Assembly (NCBI GenBank): GCA_050309775.1
Contig: JBNRMV010000001.1
Location: forward strand, 95,014 to 159,013
Length of the DNA: 64,000 nucleotides
Direction of reading: 5' to 3'
Origin: Christensenellales bacterium
GTDB lineage: Bacteria > Bacillota > Clostridia > Christensenellales > DTU072
Made by a program: the position numbers and the translations under genes. The notes beneath the pieces are model-generated. The model did no database searches and had not been told where the DNA came from. It saw nothing but the letters and a program-made list of their open reading frames with translations. Of this stretch, positions 12,627-22,539 are shown in pieces; within the stretch, counting starts at the first letter, position 1; each line of letters begins with the position of its first letter.

Positions 12627-13339
12627 TGTCATCAACAATTTGGCACAAAATAATGGACGCGCTGTTTCCGTCGGATATTACTTGCATTTGTTGCAATGGG
12701 GAGTTGCAGAACGACAAAGAAAGGCAGTTTTGCGTTTGTTCGAGTTGCGAAAGACAACTGGACAACATATCACACAGGTCGCAAGAGATAGACAATGTAA
12801 ATTTGTATTTTACGGAGTTTCATACGGTTTTCAGTTACAGCGGGGCGGCAAAAAATTTGATTGTCGGCTTCAAAGACGGCAACAAGCCTTATCTTGGCGA
12901 ATATATGGCAAGGTTTATGCATTCTGTTTTTTTAGCGCAGTACACGGTGGCGGATTGTGTGGCATATGTGCCGGCATCGTCAAAAAAGGCGGCAAAGAGA
13001 GGTTATGACCATATGAAGATTATAGCCGAGCATTTTGCAAAAATGAGCAATCTGCCGCTGATAATGGCATTGAAAAGGTCGGAACAAAGCGAGGACCAGA
13101 CGGAGAGCGAGGACAGGTACGCCAACATAAAAGGACAGTTCAGTTTGCAGGAAAACATAAAGGGCAGGCGAGTGCTGCTGCTTGATGATGTGGTGACAAC
13201 AGGCGCTACGGCTTCCGAATGCGCAAAAGTACTTATTGAGGGCGGCGCGGCGCATGTGGCGCTTTTGACCTTTGCCGAGGCTGCCAGTTTCAGCCAATAC
13301 AAAGAACATGCGGCAAGGCGAATGGCGCAGCGTAAATAA
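12614..13339 (+). CDS. comFC: ComF-family protein (zinc-finger plus phosphoribosyltransferase domain)
   Basis: N-terminal CICC...CSSC pairs and the PRTase motif VLLLDDVVTTGATASE. It overlaps the recD2 end by 13 nt. Confidence 0.75.
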   Translation: MGNMMSSTIWHKIMDALFPSDITCICCNGELQNDKERQFCVCSSCERQLDNISHRSQEIDNVNLYFTEFHTVFSYSGAAKNLIVGFKDGNKPYLGEYMARFMHSVFLAQYTVADCVAYVPASSKKAAKRGYDHMKIIAEHFAKMSNLPLIMALKRSEQSEDQTESEDRYANIKGQFSLQENIKGRRVLLLDDVVTTGATASECAKVLIEGGAAHVALLTFAEAASFSQYKEHAARRMAQRK

Positions 13340-13343
13340 TTCG

Positions 13344-13372
13344 TTGCGTTGAGTTTTAGCCTATGCTATAAT
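13344..13372 (+). promoter_or_regulatory. Candidate promoter for the P-type ATPase gene
   Basis: TTGCGT, a 17-nt spacer, then TATAAT (13367-13372). Confidence 0.45.
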
Positions 13373-13405
13373 GACATAGACATTGCAATTCTTTAGGATA
13401 AAGAG

Positions 13406-15925
13406 ATGAACAAAACCGAACATAAGAAGATTACCAAAGCCAGAAGCAAATCAAAGAAAGACAGCCTAAAGCTCAAAAAAGCAGAAAGGTACAACCCCGA
13501 TATAAAAATTGGTCTGAGCGATGAAATCGTACGGCAGCGTGTAGAGGACAATCTCACCAACAATAAGCCGATAAACAGAAGCAAATCGTACAGTCGCATA
13601 ATTTTTGAAAATGTCTTTAACTTTTGCAACACCATTACTTTGTTATTAGTTATAATTTTGATTGCCGTCGGTCAACCAAACCAGACGGTTTCCTCAAGCA
13701 TAATTTTGCTGAACATAGCCATAGGAATTTATCAGGAAATAAAGGCAAAATGGACGGTCGAGAAACTTTCGCTTGTCGTTGACAGCGTTTGCGATGTGTT
13801 GCGCGGCGGCAAAGTATATTCTGTCAGCACTAAGGAAATAGTGCTTGACGACTTGTTTTATTTGTCGGCAGGTTTGCAAGTGCCCGTAGACGGTATTATA
13901 GTTGACGGCATAATAGAGCTTGACGAGTCCATACTTACGGGAGAATCCGAGGTAGTCAAAAAAAATGTCAACAGCCCTATATTGGCAGGCAGTCACATAG
14001 TTGCCGGCAAGGCGCTTGTGCGCGCTGACAGAGTGGGCAAAGACTGTTACATAGAAAATGTCGCCAGAATAGCTCGCAGAGTGGCAAAGCCGCGCTCAAA
14101 CATTTTCCGTGTGCTGGACAAAATAATAAAAGGCATCACCGTGGCGCTGATACCGCTTGCGCTGTTGCTGTTCATATCCACAAGAGTAGTCGCTCAGGCA
14201 AGCATGTCGGCAACCATAACGCAGGTAGCCGGCGCAGTATTGGGCATGCTACCGATAGGTATGTTCCTTCTCACCAGCACTGCGCTGGCGTCAAGTGTTC
14301 TGAAACTGGCAAAAAAGAACACCTTGGCGCAGGACTTGTACAGCGTAGAGATGTTGGCAATGGTAGATACTTTGTTGTTAGATAAAACCGGCACTATTAC
14401 TGACGGTAAGCTCAAAGTAATTGAAGAAAAGGCGCTTATTCAGGATAATATCGATTTGAATACCATAATAACAACCATTGTCGAAGCAACGCATGACCGC
14501 AACCCCACGGCATTGGCGCTGAAAGAAAAGTATTCCGGCGGCAGTAAACTCAATGTCGTTAATGTAATGCCTTTTTCTTCCGACAGAAAAATGAGCGCTG
14601 TTGAAGTCGAAAACAATGTGGTGTATTGTTTGGGGGCGCCGGATTTTGTTGTAGAGAACTCTGACGAGTTGACAAATTATGTAGAGACAAGCTGTCAGAT
14701 TTGCCGCCGTACTTTGGTACTTGGCAAATGTCATGGCAGCCTTGAGGATTTTGACAAGAAAAAAACTCAGGCTTTGTATGCATTTTCGCTTGAAGACAGG
14801 TTGCGTGACGATGTCAAGGATACGCTGAACTGGTTCTACGAAAACGGCGTTGACATCAAGATAGTATCGGGTGACAACCCCCGAACGGTCAGCGAAATTG
14901 CGCAGCTTACGGGAGTAAAGAACGCCGAAAGCTATGTAAATTGCAGCGAGTTGTCAGATAGCGAACTGGAAGAACGGGTGACGGATACAGCCATATTCGG
15001 CAGGGTGGCTCCGGAGCAAAAGAGCAAAATTGTCAACTTCCTTCAAAACAAGGGCAGAATTGTCGGTATGGTAGGCGACGGCGTCAACGATGTGCAAGCG
15101 CTTAAAGAAGCCGATTGCTCAATATCCTTTGCGTCGGCAAATGAAGTTGCGCGCAACATTTCTAGAATAATTATGCTGGACAGCAACTTTAAGGCGTTGC
15201 CGAATGTCGTCAGTGAGGGCAGACGGGTAATAAGCAACATAGAGAAAGTGTCGGCGCTTTACATAATGAAGAATTTGTTTGTCATGTTCATGACGCTACT
15301 TTTCTCCATTGTGGCTTTTGTCGTCAAAAAAGATTTGTATCCCTTTATTCCTACAAGAATGCTGTTGATAGAACTGTTTGTCATAGGTATTCCCACATTT
15401 GCGCTGGCTTTGCAAGCAAACAACAAGCGAGTAGAAGGCAACTTCCTGACCAACATAATGAAGTCATGTGTGCCTGCGGCAATGTCGCTGATTACCGGCG
15501 TCGGGCTGGTGCTGATACTTATGTTTACTGGAGTAGTCGATTTTGGCGGCATAAGTTTACCGCTTGCTGATTATCGGTCTTCAATGGCGGTACTCACCTT
15601 CACCATGGCGGGATTTTCGGCGCTTTTTATTATTGCGCTGCCGCTCAACAAGTTCCGTCTGTTTGTAATATTCTCTGCATTTGCGCTGTCTATCGGCGGG
15701 CTTTTCCTTGACCAAATGTTGGTAGATGGGTGGTTCCTTGAAATAAACCTATTGAAAGACGGCATGCATATTTTATGGGTGGCTGTCGGCATGATATTGG
15801 CGACCATAAGTCATATCTTTTATCGTAAAGCCGTCATTAAGATTGACGAGCGGTGGGGCGACAAAATCAGAGAGAGCGTCTCAAGAGTAGGAAAGCTCTT
15901 CAAACGCGCCAAAACCGCCAAATAA
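13406..15925 (+). CDS. P-type (HAD-IC) transporting ATPase with an atypical TM4 motif; substrate unknown
   Basis: TGES, DKTGTITDG and GDGVNDVQALKEAD motifs, with about 10 predicted hydrophobic segments. The TM4 motif is PIGM where P2 pumps have PEGL. Confidence 0.85.
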   Translation: MNKTEHKKITKARSKSKKDSLKLKKAERYNPDIKIGLSDEIVRQRVEDNLTNNKPINRSKSYSRIIFENVFNFCNTITLLLVIILIAVGQPNQTVSSSIILLNIAIGIYQEIKAKWTVEKLSLVVDSVCDVLRGGKVYSVSTKEIVLDDLFYLSAGLQVPVDGIIVDGIIELDESILTGESEVVKKNVNSPILAGSHIVAGKALVRADRVGKDCYIENVARIARRVAKPRSNIFRVLDKIIKGITVALIPLALLLFISTRVVAQASMSATITQVAGAVLGMLPIGMFLLTSTALASSVLKLAKKNTLAQDLYSVEMLAMVDTLLLDKTGTITDGKLKVIEEKALIQDNIDLNTIITTIVEATHDRNPTALALKEKYSGGSKLNVVNVMPFSSDRKMSAVEVENNVVYCLGAPDFVVENSDELTNYVETSCQICRRTLVLGKCHGSLEDFDKKKTQALYAFSLEDRLRDDVKDTLNWFYENGVDIKIVSGDNPRTVSEIAQLTGVKNAESYVNCSELSDSELEERVTDTAIFGRVAPEQKSKIVNFLQNKGRIVGMVGDGVNDVQALKEADCSISFASANEVARNISRIIMLDSNFKALPNVVSEGRRVISNIEKVSALYIMKNLFVMFMTLLFSIVAFVVKKDLYPFIPTRMLLIELFVIGIPTFALALQANNKRVEGNFLTNIMKSCVPAAMSLITGVGLVLILMFTGVVDFGGISLPLADYRSSMAVLTFTMAGFSALFIIALPLNKFRLFVIFSAFALSIGGLFLDQMLVDGWFLEINLLKDGMHILWVAVGMILATISHIFYRKAVIKIDERWGDKIRESVSRVGKLFKRAKTAK

Positions 15926-15960
15926 ACCGCAACAAAATGCAGTATATTTTATCATTTTGT

Positions 15961-15989
15961 TTGACAACGGCTTAATGACTTGATATAAT
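15961..15989 (+). promoter_or_regulatory. Consensus promoter of the L7Ae-rpsL-rpsG(-fusA) operon
   Basis: TTGACA (15961-15966), a 17-nt spacer, then TATAAT (15984-15989). Confidence 0.6.
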
Positions 15990-16104
15990 AACTTAGCTTG
16001 CATGGTTATATGCAGGCTTTTATGTTTAATTTGCCCAAGAATTGTCAAAACAGACAATAATTGCAAGCAAAAATAAGCAAAAAAGCGTTCATTAAGGAGC
16101 ATTA

Positions 16105-16374
16105 GTGGACAAAGTACTATCAGAACCCAGCGAAAATCGTGTCGTCGGTTTGCGCCAGGTCAAGAAAGCAATAAATAACAATCGTCTAAGGTGTGTGATG
16201 ATTGCTATGGATACGGACGAACTTATTAAGACGCAGCTCATAAACATGTGTGAGAAGAAGAAGTTGCCGCTTGAGTTTTTTTCATCAAAAGCAGAGATGG
16301 GCAGGCTTCTGGGAATAGATGTTGCGTGTTCTGTGCTTGGCATAAGATGTCCGGCAAAAAAAGAGTTATCCTAA
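16105..16374 (+). CDS. Ribosome-associated L7Ae/L30e-family protein (YbxF-like)
   Basis: 89 aa with a GTG start. The L7Ae-like core is GLRQVKKAI...CVMIAMD...GRLLGIDVACSVLGI, and it sits in the conserved position just upstream of rpsL. Confidence 0.75.
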   Translation: MDKVLSEPSENRVVGLRQVKKAINNNRLRCVMIAMDTDELIKTQLINMCEKKKLPLEFFSSKAEMGRLLGIDVACSVLGIRCPAKKELS

Positions 16375-16418
16375 GGGTTGAACGGATACTCATCCAATAA
16401 AAAACAGGAGGAACCTAA

Positions 16419-16790
16419 ATGCCTACAATTAACCAGCTCATACGGGCGGGAAGAACGACAAAAGAAAAGAAATCCATGTCTCCCATGCTTGAAAGCAGTC
16501 CTCAAAAGAGGGGAGTATGTCTTTCTGTAACTACCACGACTCCCAAAAAGCCCAATTCTGCCGTAAGAAAAATCGCCAGAGTACGCTTGGTTAACGGAAT
16601 GGAAGGAACGGTGTATATACCCGGCGTCGGACATTCGTTGCAAGAACACAGCGTAGTATTGGTAAGAGGCGGAAGAGTTAAGGATTTGCCCGGTGTGCGT
16701 TATCACATTGTGCGCGGCACGCTTGATACAGCGGGCGTAGCAAAACGCATGCAAGCCAGGTCAAAATACGGCGCCAAAAGACCGAAATAG
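16419..16790 (+). CDS. rpsL: 30S ribosomal protein S12
   Basis: MPTINQLIR...[10 protein letters not shown]...[15 protein letters not shown]. Confidence 0.97.
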   Translation: MPTINQLIRAGRTTKEKKSMSPMLESSPQKRGVCLSVTTTTPKKPNSAVRKIARVRLVNGMEGTVYIPGVGHSLQEHSVVLVRGGRVKDLPGVRYHIVRGTLDTAGVAKRMQARSKYGAKRPK

Positions 16791-16841
16791 CCGTATCGGA
16801 TGAAAAACTTGTCAACCATAAATATCAGGAGGTAAAACGAA

Positions 16842-17312
16842 ATGCCCAGAAGAAGCGGAGTCCCAAAACGCGATGTGTTGCCGGACCCTATATATAACTC
16901 AAAAATAACCACAAAACTCATAAATCAAATAATGCTTGACGGAAAGCGTGGTACTGCCCAAAACATAACCTATGAGGCTTTCAAAATAATTGAAGAAAAG
17001 CTCAATATGAATCCTCAAGAGGTTTTCCTAAAAGCTCTCGAGAATGTTATGCCGGTTCTCGAAGTAAAGGCGCGCAGGGTAGGCGGCTCAAACTATCAGG
17101 TCCCACTGGAAATTAGACCTGACAGACGCCAGACGCTTGGAATAAGATGGATTGTTCTGTATTCGCGGAAGAGAGGCGAAAAGACAATGAAGGAAAGACT
17201 TGCCGGAGAAATCATGGATGCATACAATAGCGCCGGCGGTGCCTTCAAGAAAAAGGAAGATACCCATCGTATGGCAGAGGCCAACAAAGCTTACGCGCAT
17301 TACAGGTATTAA
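16842..17312 (+). CDS. rpsG: 30S ribosomal protein S7
   Basis: [21 protein letters not shown]...[15 protein letters not shown]. Confidence 0.97.
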   Translation: MPRRSGVPKRDVLPDPIYNSKITTKLINQIMLDGKRGTAQNITYEAFKIIEEKLNMNPQEVFLKALENVMPVLEVKARRVGGSNYQVPLEIRPDRRQTLGIRWIVLYSRKRGEKTMKERLAGEIMDAYNSAGGAFKKKEDTHRMAEANKAYAHYRY

Positions 17313-17338
17313 CCCGAAAAAAGGACAAAACAAAAAGG

Positions 17339-17366
17339 GCGGCATACTGAACAGATGCCGCTTTTT
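17339..17366 (+). terminator. Intrinsic terminator/attenuator between rpsG and fusA
   Basis: 7-bp GC-rich stem GCGGCAU/AUGCCGC with a 9-nt loop, followed by UUUUU. Confidence 0.6.
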
Positions 17367-17427
17367 ATATCATAAACAATGATTAGAAAGACAAAAAATA
17401 AAGAAACTATACAATTAGGGAGTAAAG

Positions 17428-19494
17428 ATGACGAAAGTATATCCGCTGGATAAAATTAGAAATATAGGTATTATGGCTCACATAGACGCCGGCAAGACCA
17501 CGACCTCAGAAAGGATATTGTTTTATACGAACAAGGTCCACAAAGTAGGCGAAGTTCATGACGGCACAGCCACAATGGACTGGATGGTGCAGGAACAGGA
17601 AAGAGGCATCACCATAGTTTCGGCTGCCACAACAACGGAATGGAAGGATTTTTGCATAAATATTATTGACACCCCCGGGCATGTGGATTTTACCGTTGAA
17701 GTCGAAAGAAGTTTGAGAGTGTTGGACGGTGCCGTAGCGGTATTTTGCGCCAAAGGCGGTGTTGAGCCGCAGTCCGAAACGGTTTGGAGACAAGCCAACA
17801 AATACAAAGTGCCAAGGATTGCTTTTGTCAATAAGATGGACATAAACGGAGCAGATTTTTATAATGTTGTCGACATGATGAGGACAAGGCTGCACACAAA
17901 CGCCGTGCCTATCGTCTTGCCCATGGGCAAGGAAGACACCTTTGAGGGTATTATTGATGTGCTGAAGAACAAAGCAATAAAGTACAACGACCCCAAGGGC
18001 ATCGAAATAACATATGTAGATGTTCCCGAGCAATACAAGGAAGAAGTGGCGGCGGCAAGGGCATATATTGAAGAAGTCTGCGGCGACAATGACGACGATG
18101 CCATGATGAAAGTTCTTGAGGGCGAGCCGCTGACCGAAGAAGACATGCTTAGGGCGCTGCGCAAGGCTACAATTGCTCTGAAAATAACTCCCGTAGTATG
18201 CGGCACGGCATATAGGAATAAGGGCGTCCAAAAATTGTTGGACATGATAGTTGCGCTGTTGCCGTCACCTCTTGAAATTGAATCCATAAAAGGCATAGAC
18301 GAAAGAGGCAAAGAGACGGAAAGGCACGCCAGTTTTTCTGAGCCTTTGGCAGGGCTGGCTTTCAAAATAATGGTAGACCCGTTTGTCGGCAAGCTGGCAT
18401 TTTATAGAATTTATAGCGGCATTTTGAGAACAGGAATGCAGGTATATAACAGTACCAAACAAAGAAAAGAAAGAATCAGCAGAATTCTTAGAATGCATTC
18501 AAACAACAGAACTGAGATTGACGAGGCCAGCGCCGGCGACATTGTGGCTCTTGTCGGGCTGAAAGATACCACGACAGGCGACACGCTTTGCGATATCCAA
18601 AAACCCATTATACTTGAAAGCATGGATTTCCCTGACCCCGTTGTTAGGGTTGCAATTGAGCCAAAAACAAAAATAGGTCAAGAAAAAATGGGGCTTGCGC
18701 TGTCAAAACTTTCGGAAGAGGACCCCACTTTCAAAACATATACCGACAGAGAAACCGGACAGACAATCATAGCCGGTATGGGCGAGTTGCATTTGGAAAT
18801 AATAGTCGACAGACTGTTGCGCGAGTTCAAAGTTGAAGCCAACATAGGTCAGCCGCAGGTGGCATACCGCGAGGCAATCAAGAAAGAAGCTGTTGCCGAA
18901 GGCAAGTATGTCAGGCAGTCGGGCGGCAGAGGACAATATGGTGTGTGCAAAATTATTATTTCGCCGAATGAACAGGGCAAAGGAATTGTGTTTATTGACG
19001 AAATCGTCGGCGGCGTCATACCCAAAGAGTATATCAAACCCATTGAAGACGGCATAAGAGAGGCGGCAATGGGCGGAGTGCTGCTGGGTTATGAGATGGT
19101 GGACTTTACCGTAAGGCTTGTAGACGGCAGCTATCATGAAGTAGACAGCAGCGAAATGGCGTTCAAGATTGCCGGCTCAATGGCATACAAGGAAGCCGCA
19201 ATGAAAGCCAACCCGACAATTCTGGAGCCTATGATGGAAGTTGAGGTGACGGCTCCGGCGGAATATCTTGGTGCAGTACTGGGTTCTTTGTCATCAAGAA
19301 GGGGCAGCGTAAAGTCTATGGACGACCGCCACGGAGCAAAAGTTATCATTGTCGATGTGCCGCTTTCAGAGATGTTCGGATACACGACCGTACTAAGAAG
19401 CGCCACTCAGGGCAGAGGTTCAAGTTCAATGCAACTCAAATGCTACACTGAGGTTCCGCTCTCCGAAAGGAAAAAAATGCTTGAGAAAGTATAA
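17428..19494 (+). CDS. fusA: Elongation factor G
   Basis: [28 protein letters not shown] and NKMD G-domain motifs; 688 aa. Confidence 0.97.
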   Translation: MTKVYPLDKIRNIGIMAHIDAGKTTTSERILFYTNKVHKVGEVHDGTATMDWMVQEQERGITIVSAATTTEWKDFCINIIDTPGHVDFTVEVERSLRVLDGAVAVFCAKGGVEPQSETVWRQANKYKVPRIAFVNKMDINGADFYNVVDMMRTRLHTNAVPIVLPMGKEDTFEGIIDVLKNKAIKYNDPKGIEITYVDVPEQYKEEVAAARAYIEEVCGDNDDDAMMKVLEGEPLTEEDMLRALRKATIALKITPVVCGTAYRNKGVQKLLDMIVALLPSPLEIESIKGIDERGKETERHASFSEPLAGLAFKIMVDPFVGKLAFYRIYSGILRTGMQVYNSTKQRKERISRILRMHSNNRTEIDEASAGDIVALVGLKDTTTGDTLCDIQKPIILESMDFPDPVVRVAIEPKTKIGQEKMGLALSKLSEEDPTFKTYTDRETGQTIIAGMGELHLEIIVDRLLREFKVEANIGQPQVAYREAIKKEAVAEGKYVRQSGGRGQYGVCKIIISPNEQGKGIVFIDEIVGGVIPKEYIKPIEDGIREAAMGGVLLGYEMVDFTVRLVDGSYHEVDSSEMAFKIAGSMAYKEAAMKANPTILEPMMEVEVTAPAEYLGAVLGSLSSRRGSVKSMDDRHGAKVIIVDVPLSEMFGYTTVLRSATQGRGSSSMQLKCYTEVPLSERKKMLEKV

Positions 19495-19554
19495 CTTTTG
19501 AGCAAAACGATAATTATTTTAATTATAATTTCCTCAAAAATGATATGAAATCAG

Positions 19555-19583
19555 GTGACAAGACAAAATAAATATTATATAAT
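19555..19583 (+). promoter_or_regulatory. Candidate dedicated promoter for tuf
   Basis: GTGACA, a 17-nt spacer, then TATAAT (19578-19583) in the AT-rich fusA-tuf spacer. Confidence 0.55.
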
Positions 19584-19629
19584 AGGTATTACAAATATAA
19601 GTATGTAAAATTATTGGAGGACATAATAA

Positions 19630-20835
19630 ATGGCTAAAGCTAAATTTGAAAGAACAAAACCCCATGTGAATGTTGGCACAATCGGCCACGTCGACCATGG
19701 CAAAACAACTTTGACTGCCGCTATTACTATGGTATCAGCTGCTGCCGGTTTTGCACAGAGCATCAAGTATGACGAGATTGATAAGGCTCCCGAAGAGAAG
19801 GCAAGAGGCATAACGATAAACACATCTCACGTTGAGTATCAGACCGCCAACAGGCACTATGCTCACGTTGACTGCCCCGGACACGCTGACTACGTAAAGA
19901 ACATGATTACCGGAGCCGCTCAGATGGACGGCGCTATCCTTGTTGTTGCTTCGACAGACGGACCCATGCCCCAAACGCGTGAGCATATACTGCTTGCCAG
20001 ACAGGTTGGTGTTCCCTATATCGTAGTATTCATGAACAAGGTTGACCAGGTTGACGACCCCGAGTTGCTTGAACTTGTCGAAATGGAAATAAGAGATTTG
20101 CTTTCTCAATACGAGTTCCCCGGCGACGACATTCCAATCATAAAGGGTTCTGCTTTGAAGGCTATGGAAGCCTGCGCAGCCGGCAAGTCCGACAGCCCCG
20201 ATTGCGATTGCATCCGCGAGTTGCTTGATGCTGTTGACAGCTATATTCCTGCTCCCGAAAGAGACACCGACAAGCCTTTCCTTATGCCTGTCGAAGACGT
20301 CTTCACCATCACCGGCCGCGGCACAGTTGCTACCGGCAGAGTTGAGAGAGGTCAAATAAAGATTCAAGACAAAGTCGAAATAGTCGGACTTATGGACAAA
20401 TCAGTTGAGACCACCGTTACCGGTATCGAAATGTTCCGCAAGTTGCTTGACTTTGCTCAAGCCGGCGACAACATCGGCGCTTTGCTCAGAGGTATTGACC
20501 GCAACAACATCGAAAGAGGTCAAGTTCTGGCTAAAGTCGGCTCAATCAAACCCCACACCCACTTCAAAGGTCAAGTTTATGTCCTTAAGAAAGAAGAGGG
20601 CGGCAGACATACCCCGTTCTTTAACGGCTATCGTCCCCAGTTCTATTTCCGTACAACCGACGTTACCGGCTCCATTCAGCTTCCTGAAGGCGTCGAAATG
20701 GTTATGCCCGGCGACAACATCGATATGGAAATAAAGCTCATCACTCCTATTGCTATGGAGCAGGGACTGCGCTTTGCTATCCGTGAAGGCGGCCGTACTG
20801 TTGGCTCTGGTGTTGTATCCAGCATCCTTGGCTAA
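19630..20835 (+). CDS. tuf: Elongation factor Tu
   Basis: [37 protein letters not shown] and NKVD. RBS is GGAGG. Confidence 0.98.
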   Translation: MAKAKFERTKPHVNVGTIGHVDHGKTTLTAAITMVSAAAGFAQSIKYDEIDKAPEEKARGITINTSHVEYQTANRHYAHVDCPGHADYVKNMITGAAQMDGAILVVASTDGPMPQTREHILLARQVGVPYIVVFMNKVDQVDDPELLELVEMEIRDLLSQYEFPGDDIPIIKGSALKAMEACAAGKSDSPDCDCIRELLDAVDSYIPAPERDTDKPFLMPVEDVFTITGRGTVATGRVERGQIKIQDKVEIVGLMDKSVETTVTGIEMFRKLLDFAQAGDNIGALLRGIDRNNIERGQVLAKVGSIKPHTHFKGQVYVLKKEEGGRHTPFFNGYRPQFYFRTTDVTGSIQLPEGVEMVMPGDNIDMEIKLITPIAMEQGLRFAIREGGRTVGSGVVSSILG

Positions 20836-20853
20836 TATACAACAATGTATCTC

Positions 20854-20887
20854 AAAAGGTCGGCAGCAGCCGACCTTTTTTGTTTTT
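20854..20887 (+). terminator. Intrinsic terminator of tuf
   Basis: AAAAGGUCGGC-agca-GCCGACCUUUU stem followed by a U-run. Confidence 0.85.
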
Positions 20888-20928
20888 ACAAAATATCTGA
20901 TTTATGGGTATTCCGCTAAGTATGCATT

Positions 20929-21165
20929 TAGGGAAGAAAAATAACCGTTAGGGCATGTGGCGATTGGAAGCATACCACATCGCTGTGCATGCAACGGGGA
21001 AAAAAAAGACCGGGCATGCGGCGAAAATTGAAAAATTCATTTCTGATTGGGGGGTAATGTCGCTAAATACGCGGTCAGGGAAGAAAACTAGCCCGTTAGG
21101 GACGATTGGAAGCATACCGCCAGACATGCGGCGAGAGTTGGAAAGTTGTTGTGGAAACAACGGCA
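20929..21165. repeat. Degenerate direct repeats in the tuf/GNAT convergent spacer
   Basis: AGGGAAGAAAA..CCGTTAGGG..GATTGGAAGCATACC occurs at about 20930 and 21077. A CATGYGGCGA-n-TTGRAA motif occurs three times, at about 20954, 21015 and 21125. Confidence 0.5.
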
Positions 21166-21169
21166 CGGC

Positions 21170-21670
21170 CTATTTTTTCAGCGCCGCTGAGATGTCATAA
21201 GGCTCATTTGACAGCTCTTTTATGAAAAGCGCTCTGATATAGCCGCGGTCAAATGTCGTCGAATGCACAAAAAAGTTTTTGCCGTAATAATATCTTGCCA
21301 GCTTGAAGTATTTTGTATTGGTGTGCAGTGCAATGGCTTTTACTCCCATTTCTTCGCATTCTTCAATTGCGTATGCAAGCAATGAGCTGCCTACACCCGT
21401 TCCGCTTTCTTCCGGAGAAACGGCAAAACGGTAAATGTATGCCAAGTCGTCTGTCAATTTTTCAATTCTTATGCAGCCGATAATGGCGCCATGTCGGACT
21501 GCCGCAAGCACGGTATTGTTTGTTATGTCATTTATGACATCTTGTTCTGTCTCGTTCAGCGCGGATACCGCCACGCTGTCTTGCAGCTGTTCCTTGTACT
21601 GGCGGAAAGCCAGCAGGGTGAGGGTGTTTATTTCCTTGGCTTGTGATAATTTTGCGGGAATTATTTTCAT
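21170..21670 (-). CDS. GNAT-family N-acetyltransferase; candidate short-form N-acetylglutamate synthase by context
   Basis: 166 aa with a GNAT acetyl-CoA motif region, RFAVSPEESGTGVGSSLL. It lies 7 nt downstream of argB on the same strand. Confidence 0.8.
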   Translation of the reverse strand: MKIIPAKLSQAKEINTLTLLAFRQYKEQLQDSVAVSALNETEQDVINDITNNTVLAAVRHGAIIGCIRIEKLTDDLAYIYRFAVSPEESGTGVGSSLLAYAIEECEEMGVKAIALHTNTKYFKLARYYYGKNFFVHSTTFDRGYIRALFIKELSNEPYDISAALKK

Positions 21671-21677
21671 GACATAC

Positions 21678-22538
21678 CTATTTTGTAATCATTGTGCCTA
21701 TGCCGGAATCGGTAAAGATTTCTAACATGACCGGGTGGGGAATGTTGCCGTTTATGATATGTACGCAGTTTATGCCGTTTTCAACTCCTTGAATGCAGGC
21801 ATTGACCTTGGGAATCATGCCCCCGTCAATACCGCCCTCGGCAATCATTTTTTGCAGTTCTGCTGCGGAAGCAAAATTCAGCAGAGTACTCTTATCATTT
21901 TTGTCGGTAAATACGCCGTCAATATCCGTAAGATAAATGAGCTTTTCTGCGCGCAACGCAACGGCTATCTCTGCGGCGGCTGTGTCGGCGTTTATGTTAT
22001 AGCTGTTTCCTTGCCCGTCTGTTCCTACGGGCGCAATGATGGGTATAAATTCGTCGCTGATTAGCAATTCAAGCAGTTTTGCGTTGATTTTTTTGATGCT
22101 GCCGACATATCCCAAATCAAAACCGTCGGCGGCGCTCATTTTTTCTACTTCAATAAGGTTTGCGTCTTTGCCGCAAATGCCCAAAGCCTTGACACCCAAA
22201 GTGTTCATCTTTGCCGTTATGTCCTTGTTTAATTTGCCGCAAAGCACCATTTGGACAACTTCGATTGCTTCTTTGGAGGTGACGCGCAAGCCGCCGTGAA
22301 AAGTTGATGATATATCAAGCCTTTTTAGATATTGGTTAATTTCCGGTCCGCCGCCATGAACAAGTATGGGATTTACTCCGACAATTTTCAGCATTGCCAC
22401 ATCTTCAAGAATGGTATGCTCATTGGAAATATTCATGGCATTTCCGCCGTATTTTATGACGACGGTCTTTCCTGCCAGCTTGTGAATATAAGGCAGCGCC
22501 TCTGCAAGTATGTTGGCTTTTTCTATTAGTTTATCCAT
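21678..22538 (-). CDS. argB: Acetylglutamate kinase
   Basis: VVIKYGGNAM, LVHGGGPEI and amino-acid-kinase fold motifs; 286 aa. Confidence 0.93.
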   Translation of the reverse strand: MDKLIEKANILAEALPYIHKLAGKTVVIKYGGNAMNISNEHTILEDVAMLKIVGVNPILVHGGGPEINQYLKRLDISSTFHGGLRVTSKEAIEVVQMVLCGKLNKDITAKMNTLGVKALGICGKDANLIEVEKMSAADGFDLGYVGSIKKINAKLLELLISDEFIPIIAPVGTDGQGNSYNINADTAAAEIAVALRAEKLIYLTDIDGVFTDKNDKSTLLNFASAAELQKMIAEGGIDGGMIPKVNACIQGVENGINCVHIINGNIPHPVMLEIFTDSGIGTMITK

Positions 22539-22539
22539 T

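Noticed and set aside
20948-21200. Track ORFs of 81 aa (+) and 72 aa (-) in the tuf/GNAT spacer.
   Set aside because: They have no RBS, overlap each other and the repeat units, and their composition reflects the repeats rather than coding constraint.
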